A stretch of DNA of 64,000 bases from Actinomycetales bacterium (GTDB lineage Bacteria; Actinomycetota; Actinomycetes; Actinomycetales; Micrococcaceae). Below the pieces are notes generated by a model. It was not told where the DNA came from and did not search any database. It saw only the letters and a program-made list of their open reading frames with translations. Below are positions 26,634-36,428 of the stretch, in pieces; position 1 is the first letter of the stretch, and the number at the start of each line of letters is the position of its first letter. Both the position numbers and the translations under genes were made by a program. The stretch is taken from positions 623 through 64,622 of the forward strand of contig JBBSSM010000011.1 in assembly GCA_038242155.1 (NCBI GenBank). The letters run 5' to 3'.

Positions 26634-27781
26634 TGAAAGCAGTGCACTTTGGAGCAGGCAACATTGGCCGGGGGTTTGTGGGGCTGCTGCTTCACAACGC
26701 AGGGTATGAAATTGTCTTCGCTGATGTGGCCGAAGGGCTGATCAATGATCTTGCGGCCGCCACCAGCTACGACGTCCATGAAGTGGGCGAGAATGCGATT
26801 GTGCGCACCGTTGAAAACTTCAGGGCACTGAATTCGGCAAGCGCGGCGGACTCGGTCGTTGCGGAAATTACGACGGCGGACATGGTCACCACAGCGGTGG
26901 GACCCAATATTTTAAAGTTCGTTGCACCCTTGATTGCCCGCGGTATTGCTGCCCGAAGTGGTGAACTGGCGCCCTTGCAGGTCATGGCCTGTGAAAATGC
27001 CATCAATGCCACCGACATCCTCGAAGCAGCTGTCCGCAGCAATGAGGCGGTGGAAGCCGCTCAGGTCGATGCCTGCGCGGTGTTTGCCAATACGGCCGTG
27101 GACCGGATTGTGCCAAACCAGGCACCGGGCCAGGGCCTGGACGTCACGGTGGAGACATTCTTTGAATGGGTCATTGACAAAACCCCCTTTAAGGGCGGAG
27201 AACCCGTCATTGAAGGTGTTACCTTCGTGGACGATCTGGGGCCGTACATTGAACGCAAGCTGTTCACCGTCAACACCGGGCATGCCGCCACGGCCTACTT
27301 CGGCTACGCCGCAGGCATTGATAAGATTTCCGAGGCCATGGCCGATCCCACGGTCAAGTCCAAGGTCCGGGCAGTGCTGGAGGAAACCAAGGCACTGTTG
27401 GTGAAGAAGCATGATTTTGACGAGGCGGAGCAGGAAGCCTATGTCCAAAAGATCCTGGTGCGGTTCTCCAATGAGTTCCTGCCGGACACGGTGACCCGCG
27501 TAGGCCGCGCCCCGCTGCGCAAGCTCAGCCGGCACGAGCGGTTCATTGGTCCCGCTGCCGAGCTGGCAGAAAAGGGGATCACGCCCGTGGCTTTGCTGAA
27601 GGCCGTCAGTGCCGCCTTGGGGTTTGACAACGCCAGCGATGCCGAAGCGGTTGAGTTGGCTGAAATTGTTGCCACCCACACGCCCGACGACGCCACGGCA
27701 CGAATTACGGGATTGGCACCGGAGCACCCATTGTTTTCCGCTGTCAGCACCTTGATTGGCGCCCGGAAGACCGGGCAATAA
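26633..27781 (+). CDS. mtlD: Mannitol-1-phosphate 5-dehydrogenase
   Basis: MKAVHFGAGNIGRGF N-terminal Rossmann motif, 382 aa. The start overlaps the mtlA stop. Confidence 0.9.
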   Translation: MKAVHFGAGNIGRGFVGLLLHNAGYEIVFADVAEGLINDLAAATSYDVHEVGENAIVRTVENFRALNSASAADSVVAEITTADMVTTAVGPNILKFVAPLIARGIAARSGELAPLQVMACENAINATDILEAAVRSNEAVEAAQVDACAVFANTAVDRIVPNQAPGQGLDVTVETFFEWVIDKTPFKGGEPVIEGVTFVDDLGPYIERKLFTVNTGHAATAYFGYAAGIDKISEAMADPTVKSKVRAVLEETKALLVKKHDFDEAEQEAYVQKILVRFSNEFLPDTVTRVGRAPLRKLSRHERFIGPAAELAEKGITPVALLKAVSAALGFDNASDAEAVELAEIVATHTPDDATARITGLAPEHPLFSAVSTLIGARKTGQ

Positions 27782-27815
27782 TTTCAAAGTCCGGGCGATA
27801 ATTTCACAGTAGTTA

Positions 27816-27849
27816 CTGGGGGCCTGACGGGTAACTGTCAGGCCCCCAG
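27816..27849. terminator. Stem-loop terminator between the convergent mtlD and polyol-dehydrogenase genes
   Basis: 13-bp stem, CTGGGGGCCTGAC (27816-27828) / GTCAGGCCCCCAG (27837-27849), with an 8-nt loop. Confidence 0.65.
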
Positions 27850-27922
27850 CTGGTTCAGTCCCGTCAGCATTTTTGCGGTTAAAAGCTTTGCTAAAAAGGG
27901 CCGCGACGGGGAACTGGCCAAT

Positions 27923-28960
27923 TTAGGGGCGGACAACGGCCTTCAACGCTCCTGGATTGCTGCCAGCCGTGAGAGCGGCCTCGACGTCATCCAAACCATG
28001 CGTTGAGGTGACCAGACCGTCAAGATCAATTTGGCCGGCTGCAGCCACGGCAATGGCTGTGGGCCAGGTATTGGCATAGCGAAACGTCCCCGTGATCACC
28101 AGCTCGCGGCCCTGTACCAGAGGCACAGGCAGGGCAACAGTGTCTGCGCCCATGCCTACCAGGACACAACGTCCCCGCGGAGCAAGCCGTGAAAGCCCGC
28201 CCAGGATGGCGCGTTCGGCGCCGGTGGCATCGACGAAGACGTTGAATTCCGGCACGACAGGGGGTTGCTCGCTGGCCGTGAACGTATGCACTGCACCGTA
28301 TGCTTCCGCGATTTTGAGGCGTTCGGCCCGCACGTCCGTCAAGGTAACTGTTGCCCCAGCCAGCTGGGCCACTTTGGCGATGAGCAGCCCGATGGGTCCG
28401 GCGCCCGCCACGAGGACGTTGTCGCCCAGTTGAATTTTACCCGCGGCACGGGCCGCCAGTGCCACGCTGAGGGGTTCCAGCAGGGCCGCGGCGTCGTCGG
28501 AAACTGAGTCTGGGACAGGGTGGCAAAATGCCGCCGGATGCACGGCATATTCGGCAAAGACGCCGTCAATGGGAGGCGTGGCAAAGAAGCGCACGCCGGG
28601 GTCAAGGTTGTAGCACCCGGCCAAAGACTGTTTTGACAGCGGGTCGGGAATGCCCGGCTCCAAGGAGACCCGCTGGCCCGCTGAGCGGCCAGTGACACCT
28701 GAACCCAGCGCTACAATAGTGCCCGCCGGCTCATGCCCCAGCACCAGCGGCGCGTCGACAACAAAGCTGCCGATCCGACCCTCCGTGAAATAGTGCGTGT
28801 CGGAGCCGCACACACCCACCGAATTGATCCGCACCAGCACTTCGCCTGGCCCGGGGACCGGGACAGGACGTTGTTCGGTGCGCAATTCGCCTTGGCGGAC
28901 CAGAACCGAGACCGTCATGAAGGTGGGCGTTCCCGCAGTTGCTGACTGTTCAGTTGTCAT
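27923..28960 (-). CDS. Zn-dependent polyol dehydrogenase (sorbitol/L-iditol/xylitol dehydrogenase, MDR family)
   Basis: VGVCGSDTHYF and GHEPAGTIV are MDR zinc-ligand motifs, and GAGPIGLL is the Rossmann motif. Last gene of the ABC operon. Confidence 0.85.
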   Translation of the reverse strand: MTTEQSATAGTPTFMTVSVLVRQGELRTEQRPVPVPGPGEVLVRINSVGVCGSDTHYFTEGRIGSFVVDAPLVLGHEPAGTIVALGSGVTGRSAGQRVSLEPGIPDPLSKQSLAGCYNLDPGVRFFATPPIDGVFAEYAVHPAAFCHPVPDSVSDDAAALLEPLSVALAARAAGKIQLGDNVLVAGAGPIGLLIAKVAQLAGATVTLTDVRAERLKIAEAYGAVHTFTASEQPPVVPEFNVFVDATGAERAILGGLSRLAPRGRCVLVGMGADTVALPVPLVQGRELVITGTFRYANTWPTAIAVAAAGQIDLDGLVTSTHGLDDVEAALTAGSNPGALKAVVRP

Positions 28961-28964
28961 TTTT

Positions 28965-29843
28965 TTATTTCACCGCACCCATGGAGAGTCCGCGGACGAG
29001 CTGCTTCTGGGCCACCCAACCAGCAATGACAACCGGCAGCGAAGCAAGCACTGACGCCGCCGAGAGTTTGGCCAGGAACAATCCCTCACTGGTCATTTGC
29101 GAGACGAGGAAGACAGGCACCGTGGCGGCGTTGGCTGCCGTGAGGTTCAGGGCGAAGAAGAACTCGTTCCAGGCAAAGATCACGCAGATTAACGCCGTGG
29201 CCGCCAAGCCGGGCGTGACCATGGGAATCAGGATGGTGCGCAGGGTTTTGATCAGTCCGGCACCGTCCATCGCGGCAGCCTCGAGGACTTCGCTGGGGAC
29301 TTCCTGGAAGAAGGAACGCATCATCCACACGGCGATGGGCAGGTTCATGGCCGTGTACAAGACAATCAGCGTGCCAATATTATCCAGCACCTTCAGCTGC
29401 CCGGCAATCACATAGATTGGCATGATGACAGCCACCACGGGCAGCATTTTGGTGGAAATGAAGAAGAACAATACGTCCTGGGTCTTCTTCACCGGCCGGA
29501 TGCTTACGGCGTAGGCTGCAGGCACGGCCAGCAGCACCACAAGAACGGTGGAGACACCGGTGGCGATGAGTGAATTGAGGAAGTAGGTGCCGGCACCATT
29601 GGCCAGGACCGCCTCGAACTGTTCAAATGTAGGAATGAAGAAGAACACGGGTGGGTTGGATGCTGCAGCTGATTCCGGTTTGAACGCGGTCATGACCAGC
29701 CAGATCACGGGAGCGAAGAAAACAAACGCAACCAGCCACGTGAGGGTGGTAATGACGGAACCGGAGAAACGCCGTCGTGCTTCACGGGACTTCCGCTCAG
29801 CGGAAAGGGGGGCGGGGGCAGGAGGAGTGATGGTGGTGGTCAC
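28965..29843 (-). CDS. Carbohydrate ABC transporter permease (SmoG/MtlG-like)
   Basis: EAAAMDGAGLIKTLRTILIPMVTPG loop motif, 292 aa. Confidence 0.88.
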   Translation of the reverse strand: MTTTITPPAPAPLSAERKSREARRRFSGSVITTLTWLVAFVFFAPVIWLVMTAFKPESAAASNPPVFFFIPTFEQFEAVLANGAGTYFLNSLIATGVSTVLVVLLAVPAAYAVSIRPVKKTQDVLFFFISTKMLPVVAVIMPIYVIAGQLKVLDNIGTLIVLYTAMNLPIAVWMMRSFFQEVPSEVLEAAAMDGAGLIKTLRTILIPMVTPGLAATALICVIFAWNEFFFALNLTAANAATVPVFLVSQMTSEGLFLAKLSAASVLASLPVVIAGWVAQKQLVRGLSMGAVK

Positions 29844-29846
29844 GGC

Positions 29847-30803
29847 TTAGTCCTTTGCGTCAAAGCTGCGGAAGATCAGGCGGAGCGCGAACGTGGCAAT
29901 GATAATGGTGGCGATGACCACCACGACGCCCATCGCGGCTGCCTGGCCAATGTCAAAACCCAGGAAGGCCCGCTGGTAGATGTAGAACGGCAGGTTGGCG
30001 CTGGCGGTGCCTGGGCCGCCGGCGGTCATGAGGTAAATCTGATCGAAGGTGTTGACCACATAGATGGTGCCCAGCAGCACGCCCAGCTCAATGTAACGGC
30101 GCAGTTGAGGCAGCGTGACCCAGATAAACGTTTTGGTCCAGCCGGCACCGTCGATCTGCGCGGCCTCGAGGACGTCCTTAGGCTGGGACTGCAGCCCGGC
30201 CAGCACCAGCAACATGGTAAAAGGGGTCCACTGCCAGACCAGCGCCATGAGGATGGAGACAATCGGATGCTGGGACGTCCAGTCGACCGGCGGGATGCCC
30301 ACCAACGAAATTACCCAGTTCACCAAACCGAAGCTCGGGTTCAACATGGAGATGCTCCACAGGGTGGCCCCGGCGACGGGCATGATCAAGAACGGCGTGA
30401 TGAGCATGGTGCGGACAACGCCCTGGCCGCGGAACTTGCGGTCCAGCATGAGGGCGAAGATGATGCCTAGAATCATGGCAAAGAACACGCAGCCGAGGGT
30501 GATGACGATGCTGTTCAGGGCCGAGCTGCGGAACGTGGAATCCATGAAGATGTCCACATAGTTTTGCAGGCCGTTGAACTGGTTGCCGTCGGGGCGCAGC
30601 AGGTTCCAGTTGCGCAACGAGTACCAGATGGTGACGAGGAACGGCAGCTGGGTGATGAGAATCGTGAAAATCAGGGCTGGAAGCAGCGGGCCGCGGCGGC
30701 GCCAACCTTCGGCCTTGGACATGCCGGAGCTGTCCTGTGTGCTCTGGGAGCTCTTGCGGGCGTGTTGTTTGAGGTTGTGCTTGTCGACCAGCGTGGCAGC
30801 CAT
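29847..30803 (-). CDS. Carbohydrate ABC transporter permease (SmoF/MtlF-like)
   Basis: EAAQIDGAGWTKTFIWVTLPQL loop motif, 318 aa. Confidence 0.88.
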   Translation of the reverse strand: MAATLVDKHNLKQHARKSSQSTQDSSGMSKAEGWRRRGPLLPALIFTILITQLPFLVTIWYSLRNWNLLRPDGNQFNGLQNYVDIFMDSTFRSSALNSIVITLGCVFFAMILGIIFALMLDRKFRGQGVVRTMLITPFLIMPVAGATLWSISMLNPSFGLVNWVISLVGIPPVDWTSQHPIVSILMALVWQWTPFTMLLVLAGLQSQPKDVLEAAQIDGAGWTKTFIWVTLPQLRRYIELGVLLGTIYVVNTFDQIYLMTAGGPGTASANLPFYIYQRAFLGFDIGQAAAMGVVVVIATIIIATFALRLIFRSFDAKD

Positions 30804-32239
30804 TATTTGCCTCCTTCTTGGTAGGACATGGCCACGGGTTCCGCAAACTGCTGGGCCTGCTGCAGGGCGGCTTCAACAGATTTTTGTCCGGCAATGGCGG
30901 CGGAAACTTGTTGACTGACTCGGGTGCCAAGGTCCTGAAATTCCGGGATGGCCACAAATTGCAGGCCGGGGTACGGTACGGGGTTGACCATGCTGGTGTC
31001 TTGCTTGGCGCCGTACATGGCGTCGAGGGTGGGCTTGGCGTAGGCCTCCGCGACGGCTGCATATTCTGGAATCTGGTACGTTGACTGACGGCTGCCCGGA
31101 GGGACGCGCTCCCAGCCGATCTCGTTGCCCACCAGCTTGATGTAATCCTTGTTGGTCATCCAGGAGATGAAGTCCCAGGCCGAATCCTTATGCTCGCTGG
31201 TGGTTGGGATGGCCAATGACCAGCTGTAGAGCCAGCCAGCCGATTCCGTGTTCTTCACCGGCGCCGGGGCGTATTGCGACTTTCCGGCAACCAATGAGGA
31301 CGAGGGATCTTCGATGGAGGAAACCATGGCCGTGGCGTCGTACCACATGGCAGCTTTGCCCTGGCTGTAGCGGGTGATGCAGTCGCCGTAACCGCTGGTC
31401 GCGGCCCCCGGCTGACCGGCGTCGTGCAGCAGGCCGACGTAGTCGGTGACGGCCGCCTTGACCTCGGGGGTGTCCAGCTTGGCATTCCAGTCAGTGTCAA
31501 ACCACTGGCCGCCGTACGTGTTAATGACCGTGCCCAGCGGTGCCATCACCTCACCCCAGCCGGCCAGTCCGCGCAGACAAATGCCCGCGAAGTCCTCAGC
31601 CGGATCGTTGAGTTGCCGGGCAATGGCCCCGATCTCATCCCAGGTGGGGTTATCCGGCATGGTGATGCCGGCCTCCTTGAACAAATCCTCGCGGTACACC
31701 AGGAAAGAGGACTCGCCATAGAACGGCACGGAGTGCATGCTGCCCTGGTAGCTGAGTGCATCCTTGATGGTGGGAATGAAGTCATCTGTGTCGTAACCAT
31801 CCGTGGCGTCCGCGAGGGGCTGGAGATTTTCGATCCAGCCGTTCTGCGCCCACATTTCGGTTTCATAGTTGGAGATCATGACGACGTCGAATTCACCTCC
31901 GCCTGTGGCCACCGAGGCGGTAATCTTGGCGCGGGCCTCATTTTCGGGCAGTGTCACAAACTTCACGTTGACGTTGGGATGCTTGGCCAGGAAATCGTCC
32001 TGCAGAGAGATGGCGTCCTTCATTTGCGGGTTGGCCACTATGGCCACCACAAGGGTGTCCTGGGCGGGACCGGCGGATGTGCAGCCGCTTAGGGCAAGCG
32101 CAGCAGTGGCGGCAATGGCCAGCCAGCCGGCAGCTCTTTTCCGTGTTTGCTGTCGGGGTGCCTTCTCGGCACGGAGTGGGGGGAACTTCATTGCTCGCTC
32201 ACTATCTCGTTGCTCATTTGAGAAACTAGTCTTGCTCAT
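30803..32239 (-). CDS. ABC transporter polyol/sugar-binding lipoprotein (SmoE/MtlE-like)
   Basis: Lipobox LALSGC after a hydrophobic stretch, with the size of a solute-binding family 1 protein. The true start may be the internal ATG at 32191 (MKFPPL...). Confidence 0.85.
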   Translation of the reverse strand: MSKTSFSNEQRDSERAMKFPPLRAEKAPRQQTRKRAAGWLAIAATAALALSGCTSAGPAQDTLVVAIVANPQMKDAISLQDDFLAKHPNVNVKFVTLPENEARAKITASVATGGGEFDVVMISNYETEMWAQNGWIENLQPLADATDGYDTDDFIPTIKDALSYQGSMHSVPFYGESSFLVYREDLFKEAGITMPDNPTWDEIGAIARQLNDPAEDFAGICLRGLAGWGEVMAPLGTVINTYGGQWFDTDWNAKLDTPEVKAAVTDYVGLLHDAGQPGAATSGYGDCITRYSQGKAAMWYDATAMVSSIEDPSSSLVAGKSQYAPAPVKNTESAGWLYSWSLAIPTTSEHKDSAWDFISWMTNKDYIKLVGNEIGWERVPPGSRQSTYQIPEYAAVAEAYAKPTLDAMYGAKQDTSMVNPVPYPGLQFVAIPEFQDLGTRVSQQVSAAIAGQKSVEAALQQAQQFAEPVAMSYQEGGK

Positions 32240-32292
32240 TTGTTAAGTGACTCTAGTCATATATACTCGTTTGAGCAAGATCAAACGCTCAA

Positions 32293-33270
32293 ATGTTTAA
32301 TTTAGAAAGGCGCACCGTGCCGGAAATATCCCATGAGGAGCTGCTTGCCCGTATTGGGCAGGCCTACTACCTGGACGGACAGTCCAAGGTTGAGATTGCC
32401 ACGGAATACGGGATTTCCCGCTTTCAAGTGGCTCGCTTTCTCGATGAAGCCCGCGCCGAAGGAATCGTCCACATTGAAATTCGACGCCCCGGCGGAGAAG
32501 TGGAGACTGATGCCGATGTGTTGGCCAAGGCTTTGGGCATTCGCAAGGTGGTAGTCGTGGGGACGATGGCAGGCAACGCCCAGCATCATGACCTGTTGGC
32601 TCGTGCGGTCGCGGAGGAGATCATGCGCGAGGCGCGTATGGGCATGACCATTGGCATTTCGTGGTCACGGACCTTGGATGTGGCCGTCGGTCATGTCACC
32701 GAGCTGCCCAAGTGCGACATAGTCCAGCTGGCTGGTGCGCTGCCCGTCGCGGGAGGAGGCAACCCGTTGGATATTATCCAGCGCCTGGGCCGTGTGGGTG
32801 GGGGCCGAACCTGGCCCATGTGGGCGCCCCTGATGGTGGACAGTGCGGCAACAGCGGTTGGATTGGGTCGCCAGCCGGAAATCGCCGAGGCAATGCGGAA
32901 GGCGGATTCGCTTGACCTGGCGGTTGTTGCCATTGGCGCCTGGGCCCCAAATTTATCCACGGTGTGGGATCGGGTAGACAATGCAGTCCGCCAAGACGGC
33001 ATTGGCAAAGGCGCGGTGGCCGAGTGTTCAGGCCGTTTGATTGGCGCGGACGGGACGCCGATCCGCTCCGAGCTGGACGCCCGAATCGTTTCAGTCAGCA
33101 TTTCGCAACTGCGCCGCACGCCCAAGGTGGTGGGTGTTGCCTATGGAGCGGGCCGGGCCCCTGCTGTGCGGGCCTGCATCGCGGCAGGCATTGTCCATAC
33201 CCTGGTGATTGATGAAGCCCTGGCGCTGCAACTCAAGCGCGATATGGAAACCCAGGGGGTGTCCCAGTGA
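32293..33270 (+). CDS. SorC/DeoR-type sugar-binding transcriptional regulator
   Basis: N-terminal HTH (IGQAYYLDGQSKVEIATEYGISRFQVARFLDEAR) plus a sugar-phosphate-binding C-terminal domain. Divergent from the ABC operon. Confidence 0.85.
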   Translation: MFNLERRTVPEISHEELLARIGQAYYLDGQSKVEIATEYGISRFQVARFLDEARAEGIVHIEIRRPGGEVETDADVLAKALGIRKVVVVGTMAGNAQHHDLLARAVAEEIMREARMGMTIGISWSRTLDVAVGHVTELPKCDIVQLAGALPVAGGGNPLDIIQRLGRVGGGRTWPMWAPLMVDSAATAVGLGRQPEIAEAMRKADSLDLAVVAIGAWAPNLSTVWDRVDNAVRQDGIGKGAVAECSGRLIGADGTPIRSELDARIVSVSISQLRRTPKVVGVAYGAGRAPAVRACIAAGIVHTLVIDEALALQLKRDMETQGVSQ

Positions 33271-34673
33271 TTCCCGACTTGGTAGTGGGTGTTGATTCCT
33301 CCACGCAGTCCTGCAAGGTCGTGGCGGTTGACCTGGCCACGGGCGCCTTGGTCGCCACCGGCGCCGCCGCGCATCCGGATGGAACCGCCGTTGACCCGCG
33401 TCTCTGGACCGCGGCCCTGGCCGAGGCCTGGCACCAGGCGGGCATTGACGCCCTGGGCGAGCGGATAGCGGGGGTGGCTGTGGCTGCCCAGCAGCACGGC
33501 ATGGTGGGGGTGGACGGCCAGAATGAGCCGGTTCACGAGGCGCTGCTGTGGAACGATGTGCGCAGCGCCGAGGACGCGGCGCACATGGTGGCCAAGCTGG
33601 GCGCCGAAGCGTGGATTGAAGCTGTCAATATGCTTCCCGTTGCCTCCTTCACGCTGACAAAACTTGCCTGGCTGGCGCGTTCGCAGCCCAATGCCGCAGC
33701 CCGGCTCAAGACCGTGGGATTGCCGCATGACTGGTTGAACCTGCAACTTACGGGCGAGTGGTCCACGGATCGCAGTGACGCTTCCGGAACTGCCTACTTC
33801 GATCCCACGGCAAATCAGTACCGTCCCGAGCTGTTGGAACAGTTCTTTGGTGCCGTACCCGCACTGCCTCGGGTGCTCGCACCCAACGAACGTGCCGGAC
33901 AACTGCTCCCGCGCTGGGGCGTCAGTGCCGCCGTCGTCGGCGCTGGCATGGGGGACAATGCCGGTGCCGCGCTTGGCCTGGAAATTGCCCCCGGCGAAAT
34001 CGTGGTGTCAATTGGCACCTCCGGCACTGTCTTTGCCGTCTCCGATGCCCCCGTACATGATGTTTCCGGTCAGCTGGCTGGCTTCGCCGACGCCACCGGC
34101 AGGCACCTGCCCCTGCTGGCAACAATCAATGCAGCCCGCATTATGGCGGCCGGGGCTGCCATGCTCAACGTTGGTTTGGCCGAGTTTGACCAGCTGGCGC
34201 GCGCGGCGGCACCCGATGCCGGCGGGCTGACCCTGCTGCCTTATCTCGACGGTGAACGAACCCCGAACCTACCCGATGCCACAGGTACTTTAGTGGGCAT
34301 GACGCGAGCCAACATGACCCCGGAGAACCTGGCCCGGGCCTCTGTTCTGGCCGTTTTGAACTCACTGGCCGATGCACTTGCAGCGCTGACCACGTTTGGC
34401 GTCCCGGTGGAACGGGTGCTGCTCATAGGTGGTGGCTCCAAGTCGCGTGCGTTGCGCGAGGCTGCCGCTACGGTGTTTGGGGTGCCGGTGGACGTGCCCG
34501 AACAACGTGAATATGTGGCGCTCGGGGCTGCCCGCCAAGCCGCGTGGGCCGCCACCGGTGAGCTGCCCGTCTGGGGTCGGCGAATTGAGGAGTCCTTCAC
34601 GCCCGACGGCGGATGGGGTGCCATTGTGCGCGGACGGTACGTCACAGCGCGGCGGGCCGCATACGGGGTATAG
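33267..34673 (+). CDS. xylB: Xylulokinase (FGGY family)
   Basis: VVGVDSSTQSCKVV N-terminal FGGY motif and LLIGGGSKSRALRE C-terminal motif, 468 aa. Confidence 0.85.
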   Translation: MIPDLVVGVDSSTQSCKVVAVDLATGALVATGAAAHPDGTAVDPRLWTAALAEAWHQAGIDALGERIAGVAVAAQQHGMVGVDGQNEPVHEALLWNDVRSAEDAAHMVAKLGAEAWIEAVNMLPVASFTLTKLAWLARSQPNAAARLKTVGLPHDWLNLQLTGEWSTDRSDASGTAYFDPTANQYRPELLEQFFGAVPALPRVLAPNERAGQLLPRWGVSAAVVGAGMGDNAGAALGLEIAPGEIVVSIGTSGTVFAVSDAPVHDVSGQLAGFADATGRHLPLLATINAARIMAAGAAMLNVGLAEFDQLARAAAPDAGGLTLLPYLDGERTPNLPDATGTLVGMTRANMTPENLARASVLAVLNSLADALAALTTFGVPVERVLLIGGGSKSRALREAAATVFGVPVDVPEQREYVALGAARQAAWAATGELPVWGRRIEESFTPDGGWGAIVRGRYVTARRAAYGV

Positions 34674-34780
34674 CTGCCTCTAAAGCCTGCCTACCTGACG
34701 GTTCCGGAGCCGCGCCGGAGCGCAGTGGCGTCGCGGCGGTGGGCGTTCACCTTTGGCCCGCTCCGACGGCCGTGGAACGT

Positions 34781-36262
34781 CTAGCGGCCCAAAGCCACGA
34801 GCTCTTCCACGGCTGCGCGGGCGCCGCGGGTGTGCAGCGTCTCAAGAGTGTGCAAGTACGCTTCCGTAAACCGCCCGTTGTCCATAAGATCCCCAAAAAC
34901 ATCGCGGTTGCGCAGGAAAGCCAGCTTGTCTTCCCGCTGCAGGGCCGCCGCAGCCATAAGTGGCTCCTTCAGGCGGTCAACCACGACGATGGGCGCACCC
35001 GTTTCATCCGTCCCTTCGGCATACCGGGCCCAGGAAGCGACGATGCCAGCGGAACGGGAAATCCCGCAGTCGTTCTTCAGGTTAATCCAGATGACCGGGA
35101 CCAGCCACTTGGGAATTCGGTCCGAGCTCTCGGCACAAAGACGGGCAAGTGTGTCGCGGACGTGCTCATTGGCAAAGCGTTCGATCAGGGTGCGCTTGTA
35201 AAGTGGGAGGTCGACGCCGGGCAACGGAGCGAGGGTTGGTGTACCCTCCAAATTCATGTAATCGAGCAGGAATTGTACAAACAAAGGGTCCTGGGCGACC
35301 TCGTGTGCGTAGGTGTAGCCGGCCAGCGTGCCAAAGTAGCACAGTGCCTGGTGGCTGGCATTGAGCAGGCGCAGCTTCATGAGCTCGTACGGTTCGACGT
35401 CGTCCACCACCTGTACTCCGACGTCCTCAAACGACGGTCGACCAAGGGTGAAGTGGTCCTCCAACACCCATTGCTCGAAGGGTTCGCACACCACGGGCCA
35501 CTGATCCGCGATGCCGAATTCCCCGGCGATGGTGTTGCGGTCCTCATCCGTGGTGACGGGGGTGATCCTGTCCACCATCGAATTCGGGAACAGTACGTTC
35601 TCGCGCATCCAGGTCCCAAGGTCGGGGTCGCGCAGCTCCGCAAACGCCGTAAACATTTTTTTCGCCACGTCGCCATTGCCTTGAATGTTGTCGCAGGACA
35701 TAACCGTAAACGGTGCAATGCCTCGGGCTCGACGGCGGGCCAGCGCCTCCGTGACGAGACCGAAGGTTGTGCGCGGGGTGGTGTTGGGTGCAAGGTCATG
35801 CACGACGTCGGGGTTGTCCGCGTCAAAATCACCCGTGACGTGGTGAAAGTTATAGCCGCCTTCGGTGACGGTGAGTGAAACGATCCGGGTGTTGGGGGAG
35901 GCCATCTTTTCAATAACTGACTCCGGGTCCGCGGGGGCAAAGAGGTATTCGGTGATGGATCCAATGACGCGGGCCTCGCGCTGGCCATCGGGGTGCTTCA
36001 GGACCATGGTGTACAGGCAGTCCTGCTCAGTCATGACGCGGGCCATTTTCTCGTCATGAGGCAAAACACCGACGCCACAGATGCCCCACTCAAGTGCCTT
36101 TCCGGCGTTCATGAGCCGGTCCAGGTACATGGCCTGGTGCGCGCGGTGGAAGCCGCCCACGCCAAAATGTACGATTCCCGTGGCGATCTTGGAGCGGTCG
36201 TAGGTGGGAACCGCTACGGATTTTGGCAGGCGGGTCAGGCTCTCGGCAGTGAGTTGCAGCAT
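34781..36262 (-). CDS. Mannitol-dehydrogenase-family polyol 2-dehydrogenase (mannitol 2-dehydrogenase / D-arabinitol 4-dehydrogenase type)
   Basis: IVHFGVGGFHRAHQAMYLDRL is a signature of the long-chain mannitol dehydrogenase family. ATG at 36262 lies 7 nt after AAGGAG. Confidence 0.88.
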   Translation of the reverse strand: MLQLTAESLTRLPKSVAVPTYDRSKIATGIVHFGVGGFHRAHQAMYLDRLMNAGKALEWGICGVGVLPHDEKMARVMTEQDCLYTMVLKHPDGQREARVIGSITEYLFAPADPESVIEKMASPNTRIVSLTVTEGGYNFHHVTGDFDADNPDVVHDLAPNTTPRTTFGLVTEALARRRARGIAPFTVMSCDNIQGNGDVAKKMFTAFAELRDPDLGTWMRENVLFPNSMVDRITPVTTDEDRNTIAGEFGIADQWPVVCEPFEQWVLEDHFTLGRPSFEDVGVQVVDDVEPYELMKLRLLNASHQALCYFGTLAGYTYAHEVAQDPLFVQFLLDYMNLEGTPTLAPLPGVDLPLYKRTLIERFANEHVRDTLARLCAESSDRIPKWLVPVIWINLKNDCGISRSAGIVASWARYAEGTDETGAPIVVVDRLKEPLMAAAALQREDKLAFLRNRDVFGDLMDNGRFTEAYLHTLETLHTRGARAAVEELVALGR

Positions 36263-36428
36263 GGTGTAGCTCCTTAGGGACGTGATCTTCATCCCACTCT
36301 ATCAAATGAGCGTACGTATGAGACTCAGATGAGCGGAAGCTTTATTGGAGTGCTCTCTGTGCCCACCGCCTGGGGGCGCTATATTGGCCAGTAACCATTC
36401 GAAAGACCCATCTGACGAAAGGGCCCTC

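Noticed and set aside
34613-35878. 421-aa plus-strand ORF.
   Set aside because: It is antisense to the well-supported mannitol-dehydrogenase-family gene. The translation is Arg/Gly/Val-rich and low-complexity, typical of shadow ORFs in GC-rich DNA.
36306-36332. Tiny ORF (MSVRMRLR) upstream of poxB.
   Set aside because: It is more likely a by-product of the repeated ATGAG motif than a real upstream ORF. It has no ribosome-binding site.
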